The position numbers and the translations under genes are program-made. Below, one piece after another: positions 8,014 to 19,193 of a stretch of 29,197 bases of DNA. The notes under the pieces were generated by a model. That model did not search any database, was not told the DNA's origin, and saw nothing but the letters and a program-made list of their open reading frames with translations. Source of the stretch: Thermomicrobiales bacterium (GTDB lineage Bacteria > Chloroflexota > Chloroflexia > Thermomicrobiales > UBA6265); contig JAUJLY010000001.1 in the NCBI GenBank assembly GCA_030447145.1, positions 4,907 through 34,103 of the forward strand, in the 5' to 3' direction. The number at the start of each line of letters is the position of its first letter. The first letter of the stretch is position 1.

Positions 8014-9327
8014 GTGCGTTATCGCCCCACCTTCCGAATCACCGAATTTAATCTCCTGCTGATTCCGGGTGCTCTTGCTATTGTTGGCATGCTGACGATC
8101 TTTCTTGTCGGCCGGGGAACGGTCGACTGGAGTTGGGGTGACATTTGGGTCAGCCTCGCGGCCGCCGGTGCTCTCATCGCGATAAGCATCACATTCGGTA
8201 TACGTGGCTTCCGCGGCGACCAGGTACTCTTCCCGATCACTGCAACGCTTGCGATCATCGGGATGCTGATGATCCAGCGTCTCCAACCAGACCTTGTCGC
8301 AATCGACGAGAACTACGGATTCCTGGCGCAACGCCACTTGATGTACCTGGCAGTGGGCCTCGTCGGTATGTGGCTCGTGGTAATGTTGTCCGGTCCGCTG
8401 AAGGTCTACAGCTGGTTGAGGCGCTACAAGTACACGTGGCTCCTGCTGACCCTGGCGCTCCAGATCGCCACCTTTTTCATCGGCACCGAGGTGGGCGGCG
8501 CAAGGCTCTGGATCGACTTTGGTCCCATCCAGATCCAACCCTCCGAGATATCGAAGGTCACCCTGGTGATCTTTCTCGCCGCTTACCTTGACGAAAAGCG
8601 GGATCTGATCGGCTCGAGTTGGCGAGTCGGGCGTCTCCAGCTCCCCCCTATACCCTACCTTGTTCCCATGGGCATCATGTGGGGTGCATCACTGCTGACG
8701 CTGGTAGCTCTGAACGATCTCGGTCCTGCGCTACTCTTCTTCGGTGTCTTCCTGGCGATGCTCTACATCGCGAGCGGTCGCCTTGTCTATGTAGGGGTCG
8801 GGCTTGCGACATTTGCGGGTGCATGCTGGATCGCGTGGACCACGTTCTCCCGCATCGAGATCCGGGTAAACAACTGGCTCGATCCCTTCTGGGATCCATA
8901 TGGGTTCGGCTACCAGCCCGTGCAGAGCGACTACGCTCTCGCATCAGGCGGACTTTTTGGCACCGGGTTCGGGCAGGGGTACCCAACGTTTATCTCCCAG
9001 GTCCAAACCGACTACATCCTCTCAGCCATCGGAGAGGAATTGGGTTTGTTGGGCACGCTGGCGCTTATTGCCCTCTATTTCGCATTTGTGATGCGAAGCT
9101 ACGCGATTGCACTCCGGGTGGAAGACGGCTTTGTCCAACTCTGTGTTGCCGGTTTGGCGACCAGCCTGGCTATACAGACGATCATCATCATCGGTGGCGT
9201 CACCCGGCTGATTCCGCTAACTGGCATTACCCTGCCCTTCGTTTCCTACGGTGGCAGCTCCCTCATCACGAATCTTGGCGTGGTCGGCCTCATTCTCTAC
9301 ATGTCGAGCCTTCCACGTCGCGCATGA
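8014..9327 (+). CDS. rodA: SEDS family peptidoglycan glycosyltransferase (RodA/FtsW)
   Basis: GARLWI, IQPSEISK, DLGPAL, QTDYILSAIGEELG, TGITLPFVSYGGSS, many TM helices. Start taken as GTG 8014 after the mtnP stop (uncertain). The rodA label is inferred from pairing with a PbpA-like PBP outside any dcw cluster. Confidence 0.9.
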   Translation: MRYRPTFRITEFNLLLIPGALAIVGMLTIFLVGRGTVDWSWGDIWVSLAAAGALIAISITFGIRGFRGDQVLFPITATLAIIGMLMIQRLQPDLVAIDENYGFLAQRHLMYLAVGLVGMWLVVMLSGPLKVYSWLRRYKYTWLLLTLALQIATFFIGTEVGGARLWIDFGPIQIQPSEISKVTLVIFLAAYLDEKRDLIGSSWRVGRLQLPPIPYLVPMGIMWGASLLTLVALNDLGPALLFFGVFLAMLYIASGRLVYVGVGLATFAGACWIAWTTFSRIEIRVNNWLDPFWDPYGFGYQPVQSDYALASGGLFGTGFGQGYPTFISQVQTDYILSAIGEELGLLGTLALIALYFAFVMRSYAIALRVEDGFVQLCVAGLATSLAIQTIIIIGGVTRLIPLTGITLPFVSYGGSSLITNLGVVGLILYMSSLPRRA

Positions 9328-10985
9328 TCCTGGAGGATCCCTTGTACAGCGTCATCAGGTCCATCTGCGTTCTCGTGTCTCTTGGCCTCATCGGCTGGGG
9401 TCTCTTCACGGGCGATGACCTCTCAGATGGACGATGGTTGGGAATGCTCTTCGTCGCGTGGGTCTTGCTGCTCATCGGGACACGAATTCCCTTACCCGCT
9501 TCACTACCCACCTTCAATCACACCGTCGTCCGTACTGCACTGGTCCTTACCACCGTCTTCATGATCATCTCCGCGCAACTTGTCCGCGTCCAGGTGGTCT
9601 CCCGTGACGACATCTACTACAGAACAGCAGTCGATCCGAGCGGTGAGGTCATCTCCAATCCCAGGTTGACATCGTCCAAGTTGCAGAACGCGCGCGGCAG
9701 GATCTTTGACCGCAACGGTGTCCTCCTGGCCGACACGGTGCAAGAGGGCGAGGTCTTCTATCGCACATGGCCCGTGCCTTCGGCATACCCGGTCGTGGGT
9801 TATTACAGCCCTCTGATGTTCGGGGCAACAGGACTTGAGGCGACCTACGAACAGGAGCTGTCCGGACAGGCAGGGAACAATTCCATTGAGCGAACCATCC
9901 GCGACCTCCTCGGGATGCCACAAACTGGTGCCGATCTTCATCTCACTCTCGATACCGAACTCCAGAACAGCGCGATGAACATGCTGGGCGACAGCATGGG
10001 CGCGGTAGTCGTTCTGGACGTCCAGACGGGTGAAACGCTCGTCCTTGCCAGCAACCCGACCTACGACCCGAACGTACTTTTTGCGAGGAGAGATGAAGCG
10101 GATGCTTCCAACTACTGGAATATGCTGCTCAACGATCCGCAGGCTTCACTCGTCACCCGCGCGAACATCGGGCTCTATACCCCGGGATCGACGTTCAAGA
10201 CGGTGACTGCAGGCATCGCCATCGAGGAAGGCTATGCCGAGCCGGATTCCGTCTACCAGGATGACGGGCAGATCAATATCGACGGTCGTATCCTCCCTGA
10301 ATACAACCGCCCCGACGAAACCCGCGACCAGTGGACGCTGAGTGAAGGCATTGCATGGTCGTTGAACGTCGTCTTTGCCCAGATCGGTATGGAGGTTGGA
10401 GGGGAGACATTCTGGCAATATGCGGAAAAATTCGGATTTGGAGAAGAAATTCCCTACGACATACCCGTCGCCGAGGGCCAGCTCGCCGATGACCGAGAGG
10501 TGCTTTCTGACAAGAACATGGTAGCGGACACCGGCTTCGGTCAAGGCCAAATCCAGACGACGCCCCTTCATCTCGCCATGATCGCCGCAATGTGGGCGAA
10601 CGATGGAAGGATGATGGAGCCGTATCTTGTCCATTCTGTGACTGACCCCGAAGGCAACATGACCCAAAGGACATCGCCCTCCGTCTGGAAAACACCAGTT
10701 TCATCTGGGACCGCTCAACAAGTCGAGAGCATGATGGTCAATGCAGTAGAGAATGGCTCCATTCAAAACGCCCTTGTTGACGGCTACGTGATCGGTGGCA
10801 AGACCGGCACGGCCGAGATCGGAGGCGGCGAGGCGCATTCCCTCTTCATCGGATTCATCGGCGCCCCTGAGCCGCGGTACGCGGTCGCCGTGGTCCTCGA
10901 AGGTGGGTACGGCGAGCTAAACAGCGCCGTCGCAATCGCCCGGGATATCCTCGTAGAGACGATGAACCGAGGCTCGCGAGAGTAG
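9324..10985 (+). CDS. Class B penicillin-binding protein (PbpA-like transpeptidase)
   Basis: SxxK (PGSTFK), SxN (WSLN) and KTG (GKTGTAE) motifs, plus RGRIFDRNG. ATG 9324 overlaps the SEDS gene stop (ATGA). The ORF-track extension from 8619 is a shadow of the SEDS gene. Confidence 0.93.
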   Translation: MILEDPLYSVIRSICVLVSLGLIGWGLFTGDDLSDGRWLGMLFVAWVLLLIGTRIPLPASLPTFNHTVVRTALVLTTVFMIISAQLVRVQVVSRDDIYYRTAVDPSGEVISNPRLTSSKLQNARGRIFDRNGVLLADTVQEGEVFYRTWPVPSAYPVVGYYSPLMFGATGLEATYEQELSGQAGNNSIERTIRDLLGMPQTGADLHLTLDTELQNSAMNMLGDSMGAVVVLDVQTGETLVLASNPTYDPNVLFARRDEADASNYWNMLLNDPQASLVTRANIGLYTPGSTFKTVTAGIAIEEGYAEPDSVYQDDGQINIDGRILPEYNRPDETRDQWTLSEGIAWSLNVVFAQIGMEVGGETFWQYAEKFGFGEEIPYDIPVAEGQLADDREVLSDKNMVADTGFGQGQIQTTPLHLAMIAAMWANDGRMMEPYLVHSVTDPEGNMTQRTSPSVWKTPVSSGTAQQVESMMVNAVENGSIQNALVDGYVIGGKTGTAEIGGGEAHSLFIGFIGAPEPRYAVAVVLEGGYGELNSAVAIARDILVETMNRGSRE

Positions 10986-11003
10986 CGCCCACATTCACTA
11001 AAC

Positions 11004-11024
11004 GGGCGTCCGTACGCCCCTTTT
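11004..11024 (+). terminator. Probable intrinsic terminator after the PBP gene
   Basis: gggcgt-ccgt-acgccc followed by ctttt. Confidence 0.5.
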
Positions 11025-11059
11025 CCGCCATGCCCCGAGTGGGAAAACCCCCTTTATTC

Positions 11060-11068
11060 TGGTAAAAT
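11060..11068 (+). promoter_or_regulatory. Extended -10 element, possibly giving a leaderless transcript
   Basis: TGG-TAAAAT ends 6 nt before ATG 11075. Confidence 0.55.
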
Positions 11069-11074
11069 CGGAGT

Positions 11075-11472
11075 ATGATCCGGAACGCGCACCTGACGGC
11101 GAGGCGCGCTCGCCATCTTCGATTTCACCTCCTGGTTCAGCGCGTCGTGGGCGCGCTGCCCGAAAACGTTCAAAGTCTTTTCGATGATGTTGCAATCGTT
11201 GTCCAGGACGAACCCAGCGCGGAGCAGCGTCTGGAATCGGACCTCGGCGACGGTGACGATCTCTTTGGGCTTTACCAGGGAATACCGAAAACTGAGCGCT
11301 CTTCTGGCCACACCTTGGTGATGCCGGACCGAATCACTATTTTTGCTGGACCGCTTGAGCGGACGTGCTCCAACCGCCGGGAACTCGAAGAGGAAATCCG
11401 AATCACCGTGTTGCATGAGCTTGGCCATCATTTGGGATACGGAGAAGCCGGGCTCGACAAGCTGGGCCTCTC

Positions 11473-11476
<4 letters not shown>
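11075..11476 (+). CDS. Zincin-like metallopeptidase (minimal zincin / DUF1025-like)
   Basis: LFGLYQGIP, PDRITIFAGPL, IRITVLHELGHHLG (HExxH). Confidence 0.88.
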
Positions 11477-14515
<3,039 letters not shown>

Positions 14516-14585
14516 TGGAAGCCTGAGGCGCGTATATGAGGGGTGACGGTTCTATCACCAGCATCTCTCGGGCAAGGGGATAAGC

Positions 14586-15614
14586 ATGCGTATCGCGATC
14601 GACGCGATGGGAGGCGATCACGGACCGTCCGTGGTGGTGCCGGGGGTACTTGCAGGAGCCCGGCGCCACGGCCTTTCCCTGCTCCTCGTCGGACGGAAGC
14701 AGGAGTTGGAGAATAGCCTTGCCGGGCACAATACGTCGGGAATCGATGTTGAGGTTGTAGACGCCACCCAAACCATCGACATGGACGATCACCCTGTCCA
14801 GGCGGTCCGCCGCAAGACGGACAGTTCGATCAATGTTGCCCTGCACTTCCTTAAGGAGAGCCGGGCCGACGCCATGCTTTCTGCGGGTAACAGCGGCGCC
14901 GTCATGGCGGCCTCGCTGATGATCCTTGGCCGGATCAAGGGTATTGATAGACCGGCTATCACCTCGGGCATCCCGAACGCCAAAGGCACATATTCGCTGA
15001 TTGTTGATCTCGGGGCCGTGACAGACCCAAAGCCGATCAACATGGTGCAGTTCGCCGTGATGGGCCAGGTCTATGCGCAGGCGGTGATGGGTGTCCCAAA
15101 CCCGACCATCGGCCTTGTGAGCAACGGCGAGGAAGCCAGCAAGGGCAACGCTCTTGTGCAGCAGGCTCATCCCCTCCTGAGGGCCACTGAAGGGCTCAAT
15201 TTTGTTGGTAATGTCGAGGGCAAGGACATCGCCTCTGGCACTGTCGATGTCTTCGTGATGGATGGCTTCACGGGCAATGTCGTCCTGAAGACGATCGAGG
15301 GCACCGCCTCCATGCTAATGCACCTTGTGCGCGAGGAAATCACCTCCACCCTTCCCAGGAAACTGGCAGCGCGCATGCTCAAGCCGGCCCTCCGCCAGGT
15401 TGCTGGCAAGCTGGATTACGCGGCGATCGGAGGCGCTCCGCTTCTCGGGGTCGATGGCACCGTCGTCATCTGTCACGGTCGATCAAGCGAACTGGCGTTC
15501 GAAAACGCCGTAGGAGTCTGCAAGCGAGCTGTAGAACACGATCTCTCGGGCGGAATCTACCGACGAGTCGCCGCAACTCGTGAGGCCGTGCCAGAGGCGC
15601 ATGCGACCACATAG
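14586..15614 (+). CDS. plsX: Phosphate acyltransferase PlsX
   Basis: MRIAIDAMGGDHGP, SAGNSGA, IDRPA, GNVEG, DGFTGNVVLKTIEG, GGAPLLGV, CHGRS. Confidence 0.96.
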   Translation: MRIAIDAMGGDHGPSVVVPGVLAGARRHGLSLLLVGRKQELENSLAGHNTSGIDVEVVDATQTIDMDDHPVQAVRRKTDSSINVALHFLKESRADAMLSAGNSGAVMAASLMILGRIKGIDRPAITSGIPNAKGTYSLIVDLGAVTDPKPINMVQFAVMGQVYAQAVMGVPNPTIGLVSNGEEASKGNALVQQAHPLLRATEGLNFVGNVEGKDIASGTVDVFVMDGFTGNVVLKTIEGTASMLMHLVREEITSTLPRKLAARMLKPALRQVAGKLDYAAIGGAPLLGVDGTVVICHGRSSELAFENAVGVCKRAVEHDLSGGIYRRVAATREAVPEAHATT

Positions 15615-15633
15615 TGCCCGTACTTCGGAACGA

Positions 15634-15668
15634 ATGAGGCCCGGATCGATAATCGATCCGGGCCTCAT
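15634..15668. terminator. Long palindromic hairpin between convergent plsX and HU
   Basis: 17-bp perfect inverted repeat atgaggcccggatcgat-a-atcgatccgggcctcat. No U-tract on either side. Confidence 0.7.
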
Positions 15669-15690
15669 GGAGCTGCACGAATTGGCGGGT

Positions 15691-15963
15691 CTACTCGACA
15701 GCGCGCTTAAGCTGCGTTCCTGGACGGAAGACCGGGCTCTTGCGGGCCTTGATCGTCATCTCCTCGCCGGTTTGCGGATTACGACCCTGCCGAGCGGCAC
15801 GCTCGACGACCTTGAAGGAGCCGAACCCACTGATCGTTACCTCATCGCCACTGGACAACGCGTCCTCGATGGCCGAGAAGACAGCGTTCACAGCCTTCGA
15901 GCTTGAACCTTCATTCTGCTGAGTCACTTCGGCGACGGCACGAACCAGATCTTGCTTGCGCAC
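15691..15963 (-). CDS. hup: HU family DNA-binding protein
   Basis: ISGFGSFKVVERAARQGRNPQTGE signature; 90 aa; GTG start with SD GAGGAG. Confidence 0.96.
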   Translation of the reverse strand: MRKQDLVRAVAEVTQQNEGSSSKAVNAVFSAIEDALSSGDEVTISGFGSFKVVERAARQGRNPQTGEEMTIKARKSPVFRPGTQLKRAVE

Positions 15964-16055
15964 GGTATGTCTCCTCTACCCAAGTGTTCTCTCAAGTGAA
16001 CCTCAGGATCGCGTGATCACGGATCTACGTTCAACATAGCTATCAACGCTGCGTC

Positions 16056-16086
16056 AGCATACTCCAAAAGCCCGCACTGATGCCAA
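16056..16086 (-). promoter_or_regulatory. Possible sigma70-type promoter for HU
   Basis: TTGGCA-19 nt-TATGCT on the - strand. The spacer is longer than optimal. Confidence 0.35.
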
Positions 16087-16104
16087 ATCTCAGCGACGCG
16101 AGGA

Positions 16105-16920
16105 CTATTCCAATGCATCGTTCGCGCGACGCTGACGTGCTGCCTCAAATAGTAGCAATGACCCTGCCACGCCGGCATTGAGGCTTTCCACTCCGCCCGC
16201 TAGAGGGATGGCCACCCGCGTCGTTGCACACCGGCGGGCGGGGCACGACGGCCCGAACGCCTCGCTGCCAACGATGAGTGCTGCCGGCGTAAGCCAGGAG
16301 ACCCGGTCGTATTCGGTTTCGCCGGAAGCGTCGGCCAGAGCCACCGTGTCGTACTGCTTCAGGCTCGCCGCCAACTCATCCCAGTTCCGATAAGAAAGTG
16401 GCACCCGGACATGCGCGCCCATAGCCGCACGCACTGCACGGGGGTGGTAAGGATCTACCGTTTGCGGAGCAATCACAACGTGGTTGGCTCCCGCGCCGGC
16501 AGCCGAGCGCAAGAGGGTTCCAAGATTGCCGGGGTCACGAACCGCATCGACGATGAGCAGGAGAGGAGCGCGACCGCCGGTGGCCTCCGGCAGACTCGAC
16601 TCACTCGGCATTGGGACAACGGCCAGGATGCCTTGTGGATGCGGCACATCCGTCAGCGCATCGAACACAGGGGCGATCACCCGACGAAGCGGAACGTCAT
16701 TTGGAAGATGTATCACCAGATCCAGCTCGAAATCATCACGGATATATACCGCCCGGGGAATCATTCCCGCGTGGATCACATCCTGGACAGCACGGATACC
16801 CTGAACAATGAACGCCCGCTCCTGCTGCCGGATCTTCCGGCGCTGGAGCGAGCGAATCAGCTTGACACCTGGATTGGAGTTGCTTGCGATCGGATCTCCG
16901 GGGGAATGAATACCGCTCAT
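16105..16920 (-). CDS. TrmH/SpoU family RNA 2'-O-methyltransferase
   Basis: VRDPGNLGTLLRSA, IVGSEAFG and VESLNAGVAG SPOUT motifs, plus an N-terminal substrate-binding domain. Common position after rplT. Confidence 0.93.
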   Translation of the reverse strand: MSGIHSPGDPIASNSNPGVKLIRSLQRRKIRQQERAFIVQGIRAVQDVIHAGMIPRAVYIRDDFELDLVIHLPNDVPLRRVIAPVFDALTDVPHPQGILAVVPMPSESSLPEATGGRAPLLLIVDAVRDPGNLGTLLRSAAGAGANHVVIAPQTVDPYHPRAVRAAMGAHVRVPLSYRNWDELAASLKQYDTVALADASGETEYDRVSWLTPAALIVGSEAFGPSCPARRCATTRVAIPLAGGVESLNAGVAGSLLLFEAARQRRANDALE

Positions 16921-16935
16921 CCAGATGCTACCGCA

Positions 16936-17307
16936 TCAGGCTTGGGTGGCGGATGGCAGGGAGCTCTTTGCAACCTGAACGACCGCGGCAAAGCCCTCCT
17001 CGTCGCGAACCGCGAGATCCGCAAGAATCTTTCGGTCGACCTCGACGCCGGCGAGGGCCAGACCGTGGACAAGATGGCTATAGGGCATGCCATTCAAACG
17101 GCTAGCCGCGTTGATTCGCTGAATCCACAACCGACGCATTGCTCGCTTGCGGTTCCTACGGTCACGATAGGCATACTGGAGAGCGTGCATAAGGGACTCA
17201 TGCGCTCGCTTGTAAAGGCGGTTTCGCGTGCCGCGATGCCCCTTCACTTGCTTGAGAACACTGCGGTGGCGACGATGGGCCGCGACGCCGCGCTTTACTC
17301 TTGCCAT
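16936..17307 (-). CDS. rplT: 50S ribosomal protein L20
   Basis: [38 protein letters not shown]. Confidence 0.98.
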   Translation of the reverse strand: MARVKRGVAAHRRHRSVLKQVKGHRGTRNRLYKRAHESLMHALQYAYRDRRNRKRAMRRLWIQRINAASRLNGMPYSHLVHGLALAGVEVDRKILADLAVRDEEGFAAVVQVAKSSLPSATQA

Positions 17308-17342
17308 GGATCAACTACCTCATTCGTTCGTTACGCTATGGT

Positions 17343-17555
17343 CTAGCTAATGCCATTCGGGATGAGACGCTTCACGCGCTTCACCGAGGCGTCATTCATT
17401 ACCAGCATCCGGTCAAATTGTCGCTTCACGCGCGCGGACTTCTTCCGACGGTTGTGGCTCTTCATGCCCTTCGCATGCATGATCTTGCCAGTGGCCGTGA
17501 CCTTGAACCGGCGTTTGGCGCCCTTATGCGTTTTCAGCTTACCCTGCTTGCTCAC
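17343..17555 (-). CDS. rpmI: 50S ribosomal protein L35
   Basis: KLKTHKGAKRRFKVTATGKI; GTG start; lies between infC and rplT. Confidence 0.97.
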   Translation of the reverse strand: MSKQGKLKTHKGAKRRFKVTATGKIMHAKGMKSHNRRKKSARVKRQFDRMLVMNDASVKRVKRLIPNGIS

Positions 17556-18102
17556 GTAGTTCCTCTCTATCGGATGTTTCCGCTCGTTGGCGGGACGGCG
17601 CCATATGCATCGTCATGGTTCGTCCTTCCATGCGCGCGGACTGTTCGATCACCCCGTGGTCCTTCAGCTGTTCAGCCAGGCGCTCGAGAAGATCTTTGCC
17701 TAACTCGGGATGAGTAATCGAACGGCCCCGAAACAGAACGGTCAATTTTACCTTATCGCCGGCATCAAGAAACTTGGCGGCCTGACGGCCCTTGGTTTCG
17801 AGATCATGACCACCAATTTTTGGCTCAATCCGAACCTCTTTCACCCTGATGACGTGCTGGGAGCGACGGGAATCACGCTCTTTGCGGCTCTGCTCGTACT
17901 TGTACTTCCCATAATCCATCAGGCGACAAACAGGCGGTGATGCGTTTGGCGCAACCTCAACGAGGTCGAGTCCTCGCTCACGAGCCATATCAAGGGCTTC
18001 CCGTGTGGGGATGATCCCGATCTGCTGGCCCTCATCGTCGATGAGCCGCACCTCGCGTATACGAATTCGCTCGTTGACGCGCGTTTGTACTGGTCTGGAA
18101 AT
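17539..18102 (-). CDS. infC: Translation initiation factor IF-3 (ATT start codon)
   Basis: RVNERIRIREVRLID, GLDLVEVAP, PPVCRLMDYGKYKYE, DKVKLTVLFRGR. SD AGGAGG plus 6 nt precedes ATT at 18102-18100. The ORF-track extension to 18258 lacks similarity and runs through the promoter. Confidence 0.96.
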   Translation of the reverse strand: MSRPVQTRVNERIRIREVRLIDDEGQQIGIIPTREALDMARERGLDLVEVAPNASPPVCRLMDYGKYKYEQSRKERDSRRSQHVIRVKEVRIEPKIGGHDLETKGRQAAKFLDAGDKVKLTVLFRGRSITHPELGKDLLERLAEQLKDHGVIEQSARMEGRTMTMHMAPSRQRAETSDREELREQAG

Positions 18103-18127
18103 GGCTGTCCTCCTGAACACGTATGAC

Positions 18128-18179
18128 GGTGCGCGGGGCATGGAAAACCCTTGGCCATTACGCCCGACGCGCAGCCACC
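18128..18179 (-). promoter_or_regulatory. Structured hairpin in the infC-rpmI-rplT leader (candidate regulatory element)
   Basis: Nested pairings UGCGCG/CGCGCA (18168-18173 with 18130-18135), GGGC/GCCC and AUGG/CCAU. Confidence 0.4.
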
Positions 18180-18193
18180 GGCAACACCGGTCA

Positions 18194-18223
18194 AGTGTAC
18201 CGTAAATGCCCCCGGTATTCCAA
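18194..18223 (-). promoter_or_regulatory. Sigma70-type promoter for infC-rpmI-rplT
   Basis: TTGGAA (18223-18218)-18 nt-TACACT (18199-18194) on the - strand. Confidence 0.65.
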
Positions 18224-18227
18224 CGGA

Positions 18228-19193
18228 TTAGCTCTCTTCGACGTCTCCTGGCCAGCATGTTCTGAGGACTTCTCTGGCATGCACTTCGTCCCGTGCCAGT
18301 TGGGCCTTTAGCGTATCCACGGTGGGAAAGTCCGCGTCAGGCCGAAGCCGGCATACAAATTCGGTTTCGAGCGTCCGTCCGTAGAGGTCTCCATCAAAAT
18401 CGAAAAGGTGAGTCTCGATCATGCGATCACCGGTGTTGACGGCAGGGCGAGTGCCGATGTAGGTCATTGCCTTAAAGACGGCGTCATGACCTGTGATACG
18501 TGCGAACGTTGCATATATTCCGTCCTGGAGCGGCAAGAGGTCCTCTGGAGGGACCACATTCGCCGTGGGGAATCCTATGGTGCGCCCAATCTGCGCGCCG
18601 CGAACCACCTCTCCCCTGACCTGGAAGCGGTGTCCCAGGATGAACGATGCATCTTCTGGCCGTCCCTCCAGAACGAGCTGGCGAACATTTGTACTGCTCA
18701 CCTCCCGCCCCTTGTAATCGACTCTGGGAACTGCGTGCACGGTCGTCCCAAACGGGGCGGCAATTTTGGCGAGGCGCGCCGCGGTGCCACTTCTCTGGTG
18801 CCCGAGCGCAAAGTCGCTTCCTACCCATATCTGACGGACAGGGCCGACCACAAACAGCTGCGCCACAAACTCCCTAGCGCACAGTCTGGACATCTCAATC
18901 GTAAAGGGCAACTCAACGACCACATCCGCACCATACCGCAACAACAGCTCCCGGCGCCGCTCATTGGTGAGAACACGACCGGCAAATTTTTCGGGCCGAA
19001 GAACCTGGATCGGCAACGGCTCGAAGGTCAGGACGAGCAGTCTTGAGTTATGCTCTTTTGCCCCTTCGCGCGCCAGTCGCAACAAATGCTGATGGCCGCG
19101 ATGGACGCCGTCAAAGGCACCGATGGTGGTTACGGTCGGCGATGCTGGGACATCACTGAGACATGCGAATACCCTTTCAGCCACGCTCTTCAC
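18228..19193 (-). CDS. ribF: Bifunctional riboflavin kinase / FAD synthetase
   Basis: IGAFDGVHRGHQ, VLTFEP, GFPTAN, IETHLFDFDGDLYG. GTG start overlaps the truB stop (GTGA). Confidence 0.95.
   Translation of the reverse strand: MKSVAERVFACLSDVPASPTVTTIGAFDGVHRGHQHLLRLAREGAKEHNSRLLVLTFEPLPIQVLRPEKFAGRVLTNERRRELLLRYGADVVVELPFTIEMSRLCAREFVAQLFVVGPVRQIWVGSDFALGHQRSGTAARLAKIAAPFGTTVHAVPRVDYKGREVSSTNVRQLVLEGRPEDASFILGHRFQVRGEVVRGAQIGRTIGFPTANVVPPEDLLPLQDGIYATFARITGHDAVFKAMTYIGTRPAVNTGDRMIETHLFDFDGDLYGRTLETEFVCRLRPDADFPTVDTLKAQLARDEVHAREVLRTCWPGDVEES

Noticed and set aside
8619-9323. ORF-track 788-aa PBP, or an apparent SEDS-PBP fusion
   Set aside because: The upstream part is an off-frame shadow of the SEDS gene. 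The two genes are in different frames and joined by a normal ATGA overlap.
16411-17346. 311-aa + strand ORF antisense to TrmH-rplT
   Set aside because: Typical antisense shadow of highly expressed genes in a GC-rich genome; no recognisable motif. The same applies to 22602-23429, 18408-19046, 14472-15170 and the other long antisense ORFs.
18103-18258. ORF-track infC extension starting at 18258
   Set aside because: It overlaps the ribF 3' end and the infC promoter; the SD-ATT start explains the gene.
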